Positions 28,526 to 40,171 are shown, counted from the first letter of the stretch. The stretch is DNA of 64,000 bases from Vicinamibacteria bacterium (GCA_963668695.2 CAXXLQ010000004.1:64001-128000), one strand, 5' to 3'. Notes: generated from the sequence alone by a model not told the origin. Numbers and translations: made by a program.

Positions 28526-30796
28526 ATGAGAACCCGGATCGCCCTCTTCGTAACCGCCGGCCTGCTCTTCGCCGCCGGAGCCCCAGCCCAGACCGAACCC
28601 GCCCAGACCGAATCGGCCCAGACCGAACCCGCCCAGACCGAACCCGCCCAGACCGAACCCATCGAGCTGAGCCAGCTCTACGGTCCGGAGGCGCTCTCGT
28701 TCTCCCCCGAGCTCCCGCGGGTCCGCTGGATGCCCGGTGGAACGCACTACCTGACCGGGGCCGGAGAGGAAGCCGAACGCTCCTGGAACGTGGTGGAGGC
28801 CGCTACCGGCGCCTCCCGGGCTCTTTACGACGCGGACGCCCTGGCCGCGGCGCTCACTGAGACGCTCTCGCTTACGGAAGAAGAGGCTGCCCGGGCGGCG
28901 CGGCCGGCGTCGCTCACCATGTCCACCGGCGGAGAAAGGCTGCTCCTGAACCTGGCTTCCGACCTTTTCTCCTGGGAGCCGGCCGAGGGCGCCCTCCGCC
29001 GGCTGACCCGGGGCCCGGAGACCGAGGAACTGGCCCGCTTCTCGCCGGACGGGAACCGCATCGCCTTCATCCGCGACAACGACCTCCACGTCGTGGATCT
29101 CGCGGGCGGCGATCTCCGGCTCACCACCGGGGGCGGACCCGACCTCCTGAACGGGAAGCTCGATTGGGTCTATCAGGAGGAGATCTACGGGCGCGGCAAC
29201 TTCTTCGCCCACTGGTGGAGCCCCGACGGCAGCCGGATCGCGTTCCTGCAGAGCGACGAGCGGGACGTCCCCCGTTTCACCGTCGTGGACCACATCCCCT
29301 ACCACCTGGGACTCGAGGTCTATCCCTATCCGAAGGCCGGAGACCCGAATCCCCGCGTCCGTCTCGGCGTCGTCCCATCGTCCGGGGGCGACGTCGTCTG
29401 GTTGAACCCCGGCGGCTACGGCAACGCGGAGACGCTGATCGTGAACGTGGCGTTTTCTCCGGACGGCGACGTCTGGTACCAGGTTCAGGACCGGACCCAG
29501 ACTTTCCTCGATCTCCACCGGGCGGACTCGCGGACCGGCGAGTCGTCGCGGGTGCTGCGGGAAGATGCCGGGCCCTGGGTCAACGGACACGGCGCCCCCC
29601 ACTTCCTCTCGGAAGCGAGTGGCGGCGGTTTCCTCTGGTTCAGCGAACGAACCGGCTTCAAGCACCTCTACCGTTACGACGCGGCCGGCGAGCTGGCCGG
29701 CGCGCTCACCGAAGGCCGTTTCGAGGTCCGGCGACTCCACGCGGTGGACGAAGAGGCCGGGGCGGCGTATGCCTCGGGTACCTACCGCTCGTCGCTGGGC
29801 GCCGACACTCTGAAAGTGGCCCTCGACGGGTCCGGCGCGACCCTGCTGGGCGAGGCGCCGGGCACGCATCAGGCCAACTTCCCGGAGGGGCCGAACGTCG
29901 AGCACTACGTGGCCGTATCCCACGATCTGGACAGCCCCCCGCGGATGAGCCTGCGCCGCGCCGCCGACGGCGCCGCCCTCCGCGATCTTGGAGGCGGCGA
30001 AGTTCCAGACCTCGCCCGCTTCGAGATCTCTCCGCCGGAGCTACTGAAGATCCCCACCGCGGACGGCACACAACTCGAAGCGATGATGGTGCGGCCGCAC
30101 GGCTTCGATGCTTCGCGCGTCTACCCGGCCTGGGTCCACGTATACGGAGGCCCCCACGCACCCCAGGTCCGCGACGCCTGGCCCGGGACGCGCGGCATGT
30201 GGTTCCAGTACCTCGCCCAGCAGGGGATCGTGGTCCTCGTGGTGGACAACCGGATCGCCTCCGGCAAGGGGGTGGAGTCCACCTGGCCGGTGTACGGCAA
30301 CTTCGGCGAGCAGGAACTCAGCGATCTGGTCGAGGCGGTGGACTGGCTCGGCTCCCGCGATTTCGTGGACGCCTCCCGGATCGGAGTGGACGGCTGGAGC
30401 TTCGGCGGCTACATGACGCTCACCGCGCTCACCAAGTCCGACCGTTTCCGCGCCGGCATCGCGGGCGGCAGCGTCGTGGACTGGCGCGACTACGACTCGG
30501 TGTACACCGAGCGTTACATGAGCACGCCGGACGAAAACCCGTCGGGCTACCAGCAGAGTTCCGTGCGCGAGGCGGCCGGGAACCTCACCGGCGACCTGCT
30601 GCTGATCCACGGGACGATGGACGACAACGTGCACCTCCAGAACACCGTGCAGTTCGTCCACGACCTGCAAGAGGCCGGGAAACCCTTCGAACTGATGGTC
30701 TATCCGCAGTCGCGCCACGGGGTTCGGGACGACAACCTGGTGCTCCACCTGCGGGAGACCATGGCGCGGTTCATCCTGAAGACGGTGTCGCCCTAG
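28526..30796 (+). CDS. S9B dipeptidyl-peptidase IV family peptidase
   Basis: DWVYQEE, YPKAGD.NP, GWSFGGY, YDSVYTERYM, HGTMDDNVH and C-terminal His; start re-called to ATG 28526. Confidence 0.93.
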   Translation: MRTRIALFVTAGLLFAAGAPAQTEPAQTESAQTEPAQTEPAQTEPIELSQLYGPEALSFSPELPRVRWMPGGTHYLTGAGEEAERSWNVVEAATGASRALYDADALAAALTETLSLTEEEAARAARPASLTMSTGGERLLLNLASDLFSWEPAEGALRRLTRGPETEELARFSPDGNRIAFIRDNDLHVVDLAGGDLRLTTGGGPDLLNGKLDWVYQEEIYGRGNFFAHWWSPDGSRIAFLQSDERDVPRFTVVDHIPYHLGLEVYPYPKAGDPNPRVRLGVVPSSGGDVVWLNPGGYGNAETLIVNVAFSPDGDVWYQVQDRTQTFLDLHRADSRTGESSRVLREDAGPWVNGHGAPHFLSEASGGGFLWFSERTGFKHLYRYDAAGELAGALTEGRFEVRRLHAVDEEAGAAYASGTYRSSLGADTLKVALDGSGATLLGEAPGTHQANFPEGPNVEHYVAVSHDLDSPPRMSLRRAADGAALRDLGGGEVPDLARFEISPPELLKIPTADGTQLEAMMVRPHGFDASRVYPAWVHVYGGPHAPQVRDAWPGTRGMWFQYLAQQGIVVLVVDNRIASGKGVESTWPVYGNFGEQELSDLVEAVDWLGSRDFVDASRIGVDGWSFGGYMTLTALTKSDRFRAGIAGGSVVDWRDYDSVYTERYMSTPDENPSGYQQSSVREAAGNLTGDLLLIHGTMDDNVHLQNTVQFVHDLQEAGKPFELMVYPQSRHGVRDDNLVLHLRETMARFILKTVSP
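28586..28660 (+). repeat. In-frame 15-bp tandem repeat x5 (AQTEP)
   Basis: gcccagaccgaaccc repeated five times, one variant. Confidence 0.9.
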
Positions 30797-32004
30797 TCCC
30801 CGGCCAGGGCCGCCACCTGCTCGGCGATGGCGAGCGACGCCGTGGCCGCGGGCGAAGGGGCGTTCAGCACGTGGATGCGGTTCTCGCGGCGCACGATGCG
30901 GAAGTCGTCCGCGATGCGGCCGTCCGGGAGCACGGCAATCGCCCGCACCCCGGAGGGCGAGGCGGTGAGATCTTCCGCGCGGATTTCCGGCACCAAACGC
31001 TGCAACCGCCGGGTGAAGGCCCGTTTCGAGAGGGACCGGTGGATCTCGTCCACCCCGACGCGCCACTCGCGCAGCGCCAGACGGCGGAACCCGGAATAGC
31101 CCGCCATCTGCCGGAGATCGCCGAGGTCCAGATCGCGGCGGCGGTACCCCTCGCGGGCGAGGGCGAGCACCGCATTCGGGCCCGCGTCCACCTGCTTGTC
31201 GAGGTTTCGGTGGAGGTGCACCCCGAGGAACGGGAACCGCGGATCGGGCGTCGGGTAGATCAGCCCGCGCACCAGCCCGGCCCGTTCCGGCCGGACCCGG
31301 AAGTACTCGCCCCGAAAAGGCACCACCTGCAGTTCCGGATCGTCCCCCGCCAGTCGCGCGACGCGGTCGGCGTGGAGGCCGGCACAGGTGACGAGCCGCC
31401 GGCAGGCGAAATCCCCTCTCGTGGTGAGAATCCGGGTCCCGCCGTCAGAACGGGAAAACCCGAGCACCCGCGCGCCGGTCTCCACCCGGCCCCCCGCAGT
31501 CTCGAAGAGACGGCGGAGCGTCGCCGCCACCTCACGGAAACGGACCACCCCGGAGGTCGGGGAGTGGAGCGCCGCGACCCCCTCGGCGTGGGGTTCGATC
31601 TCGCGGAGCGCCGCCCGATCCAGCAGGCGGAGGCCGGGAACGCCGTTCGCTTCACCGCGCCGATGCAACTCGTCGAGCCGGCCCCGTTCGGCCTCGTTCG
31701 CGGCGACGATCACCTTGCCCGAAAGGGCGAAGGGAACTGCGTGTTCCCGGCAGAAACGGAGCAGCAGCTCCACCCCGCGGCGGCAGTTCCGGGCCCGGAG
31801 CGAACCGGGCGCGTAGTAGATCCCGGAATGAATGACCCCGCTGTTCCTTCCGGTCTGGTGCCGGGCGATGTCCGCCTCCTTCTCGAGAACCAGAATCGAC
31901 CGCGAGGGCGCCGTTTCCTGAAGGCGGCGCGCCACCGCCAGGCCGACGATCCCTCCCCCGACCACCGCGACGTCCAGAGGTTTCGTCCCGCCCGCTCCGC
32001 TCAT
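30793..32004 (-). CDS. lhgO: L-2-hydroxyglutarate oxidase
   Basis: GGGIVG, HQTGRNSGVIHSGIYY.PGSL, PFRGEY, PFLGVH and NAPSPAATASL motifs; start re-called to ATG 32004. Confidence 0.9.
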   Translation of the reverse strand: MSGAGGTKPLDVAVVGGGIVGLAVARRLQETAPSRSILVLEKEADIARHQTGRNSGVIHSGIYYAPGSLRARNCRRGVELLLRFCREHAVPFALSGKVIVAANEAERGRLDELHRRGEANGVPGLRLLDRAALREIEPHAEGVAALHSPTSGVVRFREVAATLRRLFETAGGRVETGARVLGFSRSDGGTRILTTRGDFACRRLVTCAGLHADRVARLAGDDPELQVVPFRGEYFRVRPERAGLVRGLIYPTPDPRFPFLGVHLHRNLDKQVDAGPNAVLALAREGYRRRDLDLGDLRQMAGYSGFRRLALREWRVGVDEIHRSLSKRAFTRRLQRLVPEIRAEDLTASPSGVRAIAVLPDGRIADDFRIVRRENRIHVLNAPSPAATASLAIAEQVAALAGD

Positions 32005-32008
32005 CGGC

Positions 32009-32718
32009 TTAGTAGCCTGTGGATAGAGTGGCGTGAGCACCGAGACCGGCGAGGCCCAGTTCTCCCGGTGGGGCCAGTTCTCCCGGTGGGGGCCCGGCTG
32101 ACAAGGCGCGCGAGGGAGGAGCCCCCACCGGGAGAACTGGCCCGAGGGTATTCCGACCGAAGCGTAACGATGAGCAAAGCGAAGCGGAGTGGTTCAGCCG
32201 GGATGCATCGCCGGTCGCTTCCGGAGCGGGGCGCAAGCACCGCGGAGACCCCGGAGCGAGAGGGACGGGGGACGGGGACACCCGGCCCCCATCTCTCTTG
32301 GCTCGGGCTTCCGGAGCGGGGCGCGAGCACCGCGGAGACCCCGGAGCGGAAGGGACGGGGGGCGGGGTCACCCGACCACCATCCCTCTTGGCTCGGGCTT
32401 CCGGAGCGGGGCGCGAGCACCGCGGAGACCCCGGAGCGGAAGGGACGGGGGGCGGGGTCACCCGACCACCATCCCTTCTGGCTCGGGCTTCCGGAGCGGG
32501 GCGCGAGCACCGCGGAGACCCCGGAGCGGAAGGGATGGGGGACGGGGACACCCGGCCCCCATCTCTCTTGGCTCGGGCTTCCGGAGCGGGGCTCGGGCTT
32601 CCGGAGCGGGGCGCGAGCACCGCGGAGACCCCGGAGCGAGAGGGACGGGGGACGGGTCCACCCGGCCCCCATCCCTCTTGACTCGGGAATGCCGCGTGAC
32701 TTTGTCCACAGGCGGCTC
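32009..32718. mobile_element. Expanded MITE with three 20-mer inserts and an internal 90-bp tandem array
   Basis: Ends TAGCCTGTGGATA / TTGTCCACAGGC; core shared with the 54427 copy. Confidence 0.78.
32221..32685. repeat. 90-bp tandem repeat (four full units, a 20-bp stub and a fifth unit)
   Basis: ccggagcggggcgcgagcaccgcggagaccccggagcg... starts at 32221, 32311, 32401, 32491 and 32601. Confidence 0.92.
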
Positions 32719-32853
32719 ACGCCCTCATGGTGTCAGAAGGCGGCAGTATCGCCAGCGCCGCAACCTCTTGAACGCGAATTCAGAAGATCCCCGCAATTCC
32801 TTGAATTCGAGGTCAATTCCGAACCGGAGCGCCGGCGCCTCGTTGCCGGGGAT

Positions 32854-33552
32854 ATGCGCGTTCGTCTCCGACCCCTTCTCCTCTCCGGCGCTCTCCTCAC
32901 CGCGTCGAACTCCGCCGCCTCGAACTCCGCCGCGGTTTCTCCCGGCCTCCTCCTTCCGCAGATCGAGTTGCCGGCGGTCGCTCGGACGGAGCCGCTCCAG
33001 GTGCGGTTCTATGACCCCTATCACCTGCTTTCCCGCGAGACCCGCGAACGGCTCCAGGAGGAGGTGGTCCTCGCTTTCGAGGCGAGCGAAATCGGACTCC
33101 GTTTCGTCGGCCGCGGAGGCCCGGGGGTGATTCCCGCAACCCTCTATCCCGAGCTCCCGGACCGCTGGGACGTTGCCCCCGAGGCGATCGGAGTAGCGAT
33201 CGGGGTGCAGGGGGAACGCCGGTCGATATTCCTGTCGCTCGGGGCCGCCGAGCGGGCGCTCGGTTTGCCCCTTGCCCGGCGCACCGAGTGGAACGGAAAG
33301 GGGAAGCGGGCAAAACGCCACCTGGCGGGCTCGCAGCCCCGCCGCCTCGGAATCGCCCTCGGCCGCGTCCTTGCCCACGAACTCACCCACACGATCGCCC
33401 CCGAATGCCCCCACACGAAGAGCGGTCTGATGGCAAAGCGGCTGAGCCGCAGAATGCTTACCGCTCCCGGAGTCCGGTTCGACGCCCAGGCGACCCGTCA
33501 CCTGCAGCAAAGGGTGGCGAATCTCCGCGCGAACGCTCCGGAGTCAGGCTGA
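32854..33552 (+). CDS. Exported hypothetical protein with metzincin-like zinc motif
   Basis: LGRVLAHELTHTIAPECPH...GLM (HExxH, third His, Met-turn-like); hydrophobic N-terminus; real start embedded in spurious ORF 29164. Confidence 0.7.
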   Translation: MRVRLRPLLLSGALLTASNSAASNSAAVSPGLLLPQIELPAVARTEPLQVRFYDPYHLLSRETRERLQEEVVLAFEASEIGLRFVGRGGPGVIPATLYPELPDRWDVAPEAIGVAIGVQGERRSIFLSLGAAERALGLPLARRTEWNGKGKRAKRHLAGSQPRRLGIALGRVLAHELTHTIAPECPHTKSGLMAKRLSRRMLTAPGVRFDAQATRHLQQRVANLRANAPESG

Positions 33553-33656
33553 TCCGGCTCCCGGAGAGGCCCGGGCCCGGCCCCCGGAGAAACCCGGACC
33601 CGGCCCCCCGTCGAATACGGAGAGGAGCGCCCGCCGGACCCGGTTAGAGTTTGCCT

Positions 33657-34862
33657 ATGCGGCGTCAGAGTCCGCACCGGCAGCGGATCCTCGTGCTCGC
33701 CGGCCTGGTGGCCGGCGCCCTCGGGGTCGCCCTGTTCCAGGGCGCGCTCACCATGCCGGAACGGGTGGAAGCGCTCTACACCACCGGTATCTATCCGCTG
33801 GTCGTCCGCGGGTTCTCCTTCCTCAGCGGCCTCGTTCCCTTCTCGCTGGCCGAACTGCTGATCGCGGCCGCCGCCTTGTTCGTGATCGCGCGCCTCACCT
33901 GGCGCCTCACCTCGCGCCTCACCTGGCGGTTGACCGGCCGCTTCCGACAAAACGCCGCGACCGGGGAATCGCCGCCGGCGCAAACCACGACTCTCCGCCG
34001 GCTGGCGCACACCGCGATCTTCGCGCTCGCCGGAGCCGGCGCCCTCTACGCCGTCTTCGTCGCGGTGTGGGGGCTGAACTACGCGCGGCCCCGCCTCGAA
34101 CACCGTCTGGGTCTCCCGATCGGCCAGATCGAGGAGCCGGAGCTCGTCCGCCTGGCCACCCGCGTCGCGGCCGACACCACCCGCCTCCACCGGCTCGCCG
34201 GCCTCCCGCTCCACGCGGTGTCGACGAATCCCCTCGACTTCGGCACCCTCAGCACCGCCATTGACGAGGCGTACGACGCCCTGCAGCTCCCGGGCGACCC
34301 CGGTCCGCGGAGGCTCAGCCCGGTCAAGCCGGCCGTCTTTTCGGGACTCCTGTCCCGCCTCGGCATCAGCGGCATCTTCGTCCCCTTCACCGGCGAGCCC
34401 ACCGTGAACACCGGCCCCCCGGACGTCGCCGTTGCGTTCACGGCCGCGCACGAGAAGGCGCACCAGCGGGCCATCACTCATGAGGGCGAAGCGAGTTTCG
34501 CCGCGTATCTGGCGCTGTCCCGACAGCGGCGGCAGCCTTACCTTTCCTACGCCGCTTCCTTCTTCGCCGCCAGGCATCTGCTCGCAGCCGTCAGACATGC
34601 CGGCACGGAGGACCGGGACCGCGCCTGGGCCGCCTTCGGACCCGGGCCACGGCGCGATCTGGACGCTCTCAACGCTTTCTGGGCCCAGCACCCGGGCATG
34701 GTTCGCGGCGCCGCCCAGCGGGTGAACGATTCCTACCTGCGCACCATGCGGATCCCCGACGGCGCCCGCAGTTACGGCACGGTGGTGCGCCTGCTGATCG
34801 CCGACCTGCGGCGGCGGCCGGCGCCTCCGGTCGGGATCACGACCGACGACAGCGAGGGCTGA
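33657..34862 (+). CDS. DUF3810 family putative zinc-dependent membrane protein
   Basis: PFSLAE, WGLNYAR, GIFVPFTGE.TVN and HEKAHQ....EGEA motifs. Confidence 0.82.
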   Translation: MRRQSPHRQRILVLAGLVAGALGVALFQGALTMPERVEALYTTGIYPLVVRGFSFLSGLVPFSLAELLIAAAALFVIARLTWRLTSRLTWRLTGRFRQNAATGESPPAQTTTLRRLAHTAIFALAGAGALYAVFVAVWGLNYARPRLEHRLGLPIGQIEEPELVRLATRVAADTTRLHRLAGLPLHAVSTNPLDFGTLSTAIDEAYDALQLPGDPGPRRLSPVKPAVFSGLLSRLGISGIFVPFTGEPTVNTGPPDVAVAFTAAHEKAHQRAITHEGEASFAAYLALSRQRRQPYLSYAASFFAARHLLAAVRHAGTEDRDRAWAAFGPGPRRDLDALNAFWAQHPGMVRGAAQRVNDSYLRTMRIPDGARSYGTVVRLLIADLRRRPAPPVGITTDDSEG

Positions 34863-34878
34863 GGGCCGAAACCCCCAT

Positions 34879-34929
34879 CCGCGGGGGATTGGCCCGCGGG
34901 GGATTGGTCCGCGGGGGATTGGCCCGCGG
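34879..34929. repeat. 15-bp tandem repeat x3 between convergent genes
   Basis: ccgcgggggattgg(c/t) three times. Confidence 0.8.
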
Positions 34930-34939
34930 ACCCCTGCCC

Positions 34940-36457
34940 TCAGTCGGCTGCGCCCACGGCTTCGTCCACCTCGGACTCGCCGGGGAACCGCAACGCGGTT
35001 TCGAAAAGCGTCCGCACGCCGAAACCGGTGGCGCCCTTCGGGTAGTACTTCCACGGCTTTTCCAGGATGAAGGGCCCGGCGATGTCGAGGTGGGCCCACT
35101 TGGCGCCTTCCGGAACGAACTCCTGGAGGAAGAGGGCGGCGGTGATCGCGCCCGCGTTGATGCCGCCGATGTTCTTGAGGTCCGCTGAGTCGCAGCGGAG
35201 TTCCTCGGCGTATTCCTTGACCAGCGGCAGCTCCCAGAACAACTCGCCGTGCGGCTCGCCCGCCTCGATCACGGCGCGCACCCACTCGGCGTCGTTCCCC
35301 ATGACTCCGGCGACCCCGGTGCCGAGCGCGCGCACGGCGGCTCCGGTCAGGGTCGCGACGTCCACGATGTGCGTTGCGCCCTCCTCTCCGGCGCGGGCCA
35401 GCGCATCGGTGAGCACGAGGCGGCCCTCGGCGTCGGTGTTGTCCACCATCACGGACTTGCCGTTGCGGGCGCGGAAGATGTCTCCCGGCCGCGTAGCCGA
35501 CGGTCCCGGATAGTTCTCGGCGGCCGCCACGATTCCGGTGATCGTCACCGGCACGCCCTCCCGGGCCACGGCCGACATGGCGGCGAGCACCGCGGCAGCC
35601 CCGGACATGTCGCCCTTCATGGTCCACATCCCGGAGGGCGGTTTGAGCGATATGCCGCCGGTGTCGAAGGTGATGCCCTTGCCCACGAGAGCGAGGTGGT
35701 CCCCGTTCTTCGGGGCGTCCGGCGGGCGGTGCCGGAGCACGATGAGGCACGGAGGCCGGTGGCTCCCCTGCCCGACGGAGATCAGCCCGGGATACCCCTC
35801 CTCCCGGAGCGCCTTCTCGTTCCAGACCTGGACCTCGAGTCCGGTTTCGGCCGCGATCCGATGGGCCTCGCGGGCCAGGGTTTCCGGAGTGACGGCTTCC
35901 GCCGGCTCGTTGATGAGATCCCGGGCGCGGTTCACTTCGGAAGCGAGCCGCACGGAGCGGGCGACCCCCTCCCGGGCCTCTTCGAGGGCTTCCTCGGCGA
36001 CCACGATCCGCACCCTCGGAGATGCCGGGTCGCCGGGATCCTTGAGGTACCGCGCGAAGCGGTACGCGCCGAGGGTGGCGCCTTCCGCCACCGCTCCCGC
36101 GAAGGCGAGACCATCACGGCCCTGGAGCGAGAAGACCACTTCCCCGTGATGGAAGTCGCGGGCGTGCCGGAGGGCGCGCGCCGCCAGAATGCGAACTCCG
36201 TCGGACACCGGATAGTTGCTGGTGGCCCGGGTGTGGAGCGCCAGAGTCGAGGCGCTCCGCGGCCCGCCATGCCCCGCCACCGCTCTTTTGACCTTCGGGT
36301 CCCCGAAGATCCTCGCGGCGTTCGTCAGGAAATCGTTTTCCCATCCCGCCTTCGGGGCGGCGAAGTCGTGGACGTCATCAAGGAGATACGCGACCAGCGA
36401 ACCTCCCCGGGCGGAGGCGTCCGCCGAAACCTGAACCTGCGGTGTCTCAGTCCTCAT
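34940..36457 (-). CDS. pepA: Leucyl aminopeptidase (M17)
   Basis: [35 protein letters not shown] and WAHLDIAG motifs. Confidence 0.93.
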   Translation of the reverse strand: MRTETPQVQVSADASARGGSLVAYLLDDVHDFAAPKAGWENDFLTNAARIFGDPKVKRAVAGHGGPRSASTLALHTRATSNYPVSDGVRILAARALRHARDFHHGEVVFSLQGRDGLAFAGAVAEGATLGAYRFARYLKDPGDPASPRVRIVVAEEALEEAREGVARSVRLASEVNRARDLINEPAEAVTPETLAREAHRIAAETGLEVQVWNEKALREEGYPGLISVGQGSHRPPCLIVLRHRPPDAPKNGDHLALVGKGITFDTGGISLKPPSGMWTMKGDMSGAAAVLAAMSAVAREGVPVTITGIVAAAENYPGPSATRPGDIFRARNGKSVMVDNTDAEGRLVLTDALARAGEEGATHIVDVATLTGAAVRALGTGVAGVMGNDAEWVRAVIEAGEPHGELFWELPLVKEYAEELRCDSADLKNIGGINAGAITAALFLQEFVPEGAKWAHLDIAGPFILEKPWKYYPKGATGFGVRTLFETALRFPGESEVDEAVGAAD

Positions 36458-38411
36458 CGCCGTACTCCTCCCTGAGCTTCTGCACCACCGCCGGATCGGC
36501 CAGCGTGGTGGTATCGCCGATCGCCTTGCCCGCCGCGATGTCCCGGAGCAGGCGCCGCATGATCTTTCCGGACCGCGTCTTGGGCACGTCCGCCGCCAAC
36601 ACGATGTCGTCGGGGCGGGCGATGGGTCCGATCGCCTGGACGACGTGCGCCTTCAGTTCGGCGATGAGGCCGTCATGCACCGTGGCGCTCTCCCGGAGGA
36701 CGACGAAGGCGGCGATCCCCTCTCCCTTGATCTCGTGTGGACGACCGACCACCGCCGCTTCCGCGACGGCCTCGTGTTCCACCAGGGCGCTCTCGATTTC
36801 CGCGGCCCCCAGACGGTGGCCGGAGACGTTCAGCACGTCGTCCACCCGGCCCATGAACCAGTAGTAGCCGTCCTCGTCGCGCCGGGCGCCATCCGCCGGG
36901 AAGTAGATGTCCTTCCACTGGCTCCAGTAGGTCTCCCGGAAACGCTTCTCGTCGCCCCAGATGCCGCGCAGCATGGAGGGCCAGGGCCGGGTGATGGCGA
37001 GCAGCCCGCCGCCGACCTCGACCCGCTCTCCCCGGCGGTCCAGGATGTCGAGGGAGATCCCCGGAAAGGCGCGGGTCGCGGATCCAGGCTTCAGAGTGGT
37101 CACCCCGGGGAGCGGGGTCGCCATGATGGCTCCCGTTTCGGTCTGCCACCAGGTGTCCACCACCGGGCAGCGCCCGCCCCCGATCTCCCGGTGGTACCAG
37201 ACCCAGGCCTCGGGGTTGATGGGCTCTCCCACCGTTCCCAGGAGGCGCAGCGAGCTCAGGTCGTGGGAGGCCGGATGTTCGGCTCCCCACTTCATGAAGG
37301 CGCGGATGGCCGTCGGCGCGGTGTAGAGGCAGGTCACCCCATGGCGCTCCACGATGGACCAGATCCGGGCGCGGTTCGGAAAGTCGGGCGCACCCTCGTA
37401 CATGACCTGGGTGACCCCGAGCGCGAGCGGGCCATAGACGATGTAGGAGTGGCCGGTCACCCAGCCGATGTCCGCCGCCGCCCACCAGACGTCGGAGTCC
37501 TTCAGGTCGAAGACGGCGCGCGCGGTGGCGGTGACCGAAGTGAGGTAGCCGCCGGTGGTGTGCACGATCCCCTTGGGCTTCCCGGTGGTGCCCGAGGTAT
37601 AGAGGATGTAGAGGATGTCCTCGGCGTCCATTTCCTCGGGCTCGGCCGTGTCGGGAACGCCCTCCACGAGATCCGCCCAGTCGTGGTCCCGGCCGGCCCG
37701 CATCCCGACCTGCTGGCCGGTGCGGCGCACCATCACCACTCCGGTGATGGACGGCGTATCCTCAAGAGCTTCGTCGGCAATGTCCTTCAGCGGCACGATC
37801 CCGCCGCGCCGGTAGCCGCCGTCGGCGGTGATCAGCACCTTGGCCTCGGCGTCGTTGATCCGGTCGCGGAGCGACTGCGCGGAAAAGCCGGCGAAGACCA
37901 CGCTGTGGGGCGCCCCGATCCGGGCGCAGGCGAGCATCGCGACCGGAAGCTCCGGGATCATCGGCAGGTAGATCGCCACCCGGTCGCCCTTTTGGACCCC
38001 GAGGCCGCGCAGAACGTTGGTGAAGCGGCAGACCTCCCGGTGGAGGTCGGCGTAGGTCAGGGTCTTCCGGTCCCCCGGCTCGCCTTCCCAGAGGATCGCC
38101 GGACGATCCCCGCGCCCCTGCGCCAGGTGCCGGTCCAGGCAGTTGACGCTCGCGTTCAGCTTTCCGCCGACGAACCAGCGGGCGAAGGGCGGCTTCCAGT
38201 CGAGGACCTGGTCCCACCGGCGGGTCCAGTCGAGCCGCTCCGCCTGGGCAGCCCAAAACGCTTCCGGATCGGCCTCCGCCTCCCGGTAGATGGACTCGTC
38301 CCGGACCCACGCCTGGTTCCGGAAGTCCTCCGGGGGCGGATAGACGCGCTGCTCATCGAGCAGCACCTCTATTTCCTGTTCTGGAACTTCCTGTTTGGGT
38401 TGCTCGGCCAT
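36447..38411 (-). CDS. acs: Acetyl-CoA synthetase
   Basis: [30 protein letters not shown] and [11 protein letters not shown] motifs; start re-called to ATG 38411. Confidence 0.96.
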   Translation of the reverse strand: MAEQPKQEVPEQEIEVLLDEQRVYPPPEDFRNQAWVRDESIYREAEADPEAFWAAQAERLDWTRRWDQVLDWKPPFARWFVGGKLNASVNCLDRHLAQGRGDRPAILWEGEPGDRKTLTYADLHREVCRFTNVLRGLGVQKGDRVAIYLPMIPELPVAMLACARIGAPHSVVFAGFSAQSLRDRINDAEAKVLITADGGYRRGGIVPLKDIADEALEDTPSITGVVMVRRTGQQVGMRAGRDHDWADLVEGVPDTAEPEEMDAEDILYILYTSGTTGKPKGIVHTTGGYLTSVTATARAVFDLKDSDVWWAAADIGWVTGHSYIVYGPLALGVTQVMYEGAPDFPNRARIWSIVERHGVTCLYTAPTAIRAFMKWGAEHPASHDLSSLRLLGTVGEPINPEAWVWYHREIGGGRCPVVDTWWQTETGAIMATPLPGVTTLKPGSATRAFPGISLDILDRRGERVEVGGGLLAITRPWPSMLRGIWGDEKRFRETYWSQWKDIYFPADGARRDEDGYYWFMGRVDDVLNVSGHRLGAAEIESALVEHEAVAEAAVVGRPHEIKGEGIAAFVVLRESATVHDGLIAELKAHVVQAIGPIARPDDIVLAADVPKTRSGKIMRRLLRDIAAGKAIGDTTTLADPAVVQKLREEYGDED

Positions 38412-38494
38412 CGGGCGATTGTAGGAGGGTTGCGGCGGGAGCGGAACGCCGGGGTTTTCCGGGGTCGCAGCGGAATTTGGCCCCTCGGGACCGC

Positions 38495-40036
38495 TTAGAA
38501 GAGCGCGCGGCGGACGCGGCGACGGGCGGAGTGGATGGGACCGAGGAGAAGGACGGCCACCGTAACGATTTCGAGACGGCCGGCGATCATGAGGGCGGCC
38601 AACAGGAGCTTGGCCGGCTCGGGAAGGAACGCGTAGCTGGCGGCAGGTCCTACGGCGCCGAACCCCGGACCGACGTTCGTCACGGCGGCGGCGGCGGCGC
38701 TGAAGGCAGTCAGCAGATCCACCCCCATCGCCGCGATCGCCAGCGCGCCGGCGACGGTGAGGCCGATGAACAGCAGCACGACCTCGCCGATCGTCGAACT
38801 GAGCAGCAGGGAGACCGGACTCCGGCCAACGTAGACCCGCAGTTCGGTGTGAGGCTGAATGGCCACCCGCAAAGCGAGCGGCACTTTCCGGAACAGGATC
38901 ACCCAGCGGAGGATCTTGATGGAACCGGCGGTCGAGCCGGCGCAGCCGCCCGCGAACATGAGGACAAGCAGCAGCATTCGCGAAAAGTCCGGCCACTGGT
39001 TGTAATCCACGACGGAGTAACCGGTCGTGGTGATGATCGCGACCGCCGTGAACGCCGCCTGGCGCAGGCCGTCCATGGAACCCTGCCCTATCAGATAGAG
39101 ACTGAGGAACAAGAGCCCGGTGCTGACCGCCACCACCCCGATGTAGAGACGCAGTTCCGGATCCGAGAAGTAGCTGGCGGCCGGGGCCGCGGTCGCCTGC
39201 CGCCCGCGGCGGCCCCGGACCCGCCGCCAGAGCCGGGTCAAGCCGGCGACGACGCGCTTCACTTCGTAGATATGGATGGCGAAGCGCATGCCGCCGATCA
39301 CCATGAAGGCGATGATGACCCACTGCACAACCGGCTCGAACGCCCCGACGCTTGCGTTCCGGGTGGAAAACCCGCCGGTCGCCAGGGTGGTGAGCGCATG
39401 GCAGATCGCGTCGAAGGCGGGCACCTCGAGGAACAGGAGCACCGCGATGAGGATCGCAGTGAGCACGGTCCCGACGATCACCGCGTCCCGCGCCGTTTCG
39501 TTGAGGTGGGGCTCGGTCTTTTCCGGGGTCGGTCCGGGCACCTCCGCGGACAGCACGTCCAACCCCCACTGGCGGCGGCCCAGCAGCCAGACGAAGATGA
39601 TGATGATCCCGAGCCCGCCGAGCCACTGGGTCAGGGCTCTCCAGAGCAGTAGCGAGCGCGGAAGCGACTCCACTTCCGTGAAGATGCTGGCTCCGGTGGT
39701 CGAGAAGCCGGACGCCGATTCGAAGATGCCGTTCACCACGAAGCCGGGGCCGAACTCCGCGATGTACGGCAGGGCCCCGAACACCGTGGCCAGGCACCAC
39801 GCCAGCACTACGAAGAGATAGGAGCGACCGCCGCCCTTGGAGGGCCCGGATCGTCCGACGAGGGGGGCGAAGCGGCGGCTGAAGGCCCCGATCGCTAGCC
39901 CCAGCGCGGCGGGAGCGGCGAAGGCCAGCCAGGCCGGCTCTCCGAGGACGAGCGCGACGGCCAGGGGAATGAGCAGCGCCAACCCCAGCGCCTCGGCCAT
40001 CCGCCCGAGCAGCGCGATCGTCTCCGTGCGGTTCAC
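38495..40036 (-). CDS. trkH: TrkH potassium uptake membrane subunit (paralog 2)
   Basis: [47 protein letters not shown] and GRLE motifs. Confidence 0.93.
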   Translation of the reverse strand: MNRTETIALLGRMAEALGLALLIPLAVALVLGEPAWLAFAAPAALGLAIGAFSRRFAPLVGRSGPSKGGGRSYLFVVLAWCLATVFGALPYIAEFGPGFVVNGIFESASGFSTTGASIFTEVESLPRSLLLWRALTQWLGGLGIIIIFVWLLGRRQWGLDVLSAEVPGPTPEKTEPHLNETARDAVIVGTVLTAILIAVLLFLEVPAFDAICHALTTLATGGFSTRNASVGAFEPVVQWVIIAFMVIGGMRFAIHIYEVKRVVAGLTRLWRRVRGRRGRQATAAPAASYFSDPELRLYIGVVAVSTGLLFLSLYLIGQGSMDGLRQAAFTAVAIITTTGYSVVDYNQWPDFSRMLLLVLMFAGGCAGSTAGSIKILRWVILFRKVPLALRVAIQPHTELRVYVGRSPVSLLLSSTIGEVVLLFIGLTVAGALAIAAMGVDLLTAFSAAAAAVTNVGPGFGAVGPAASYAFLPEPAKLLLAALMIAGRLEIVTVAVLLLGPIHSARRRVRRALF

Positions 40037-40171
40037 GGGAGCTCCGAAAGGACCGGCATCATTCGCTGCGGCCGTTGTGGCGGCCGGCCGCGGAACGATT
40101 CTAGTACGCGAATAACACTGGCCCGCTCTCCTTTTCGTGACGGGCCGCGGCGGGAGGTCGGCCCGCAGCGC

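Noticed and set aside
32189-32720. 30-aa repeat protein (LPERGASTAETPER...)
   Set aside because: Lies inside a MITE, appears inverted at 2244-2337, and has no credible start or RBS
26804-33552. 1330-aa and 1462-aa ORFs as giant or fusion proteins
   Set aside because: High-GC read-through across MITEs and antisense genes; only the portions from 28526 and from 32854 have signal peptides and family motifs
38412-39800. N-terminal extension of acs (1117-aa ORF)
   Set aside because: Overlaps trkH out of frame; the ACS sequence starts at 38411 behind a TACAAT box
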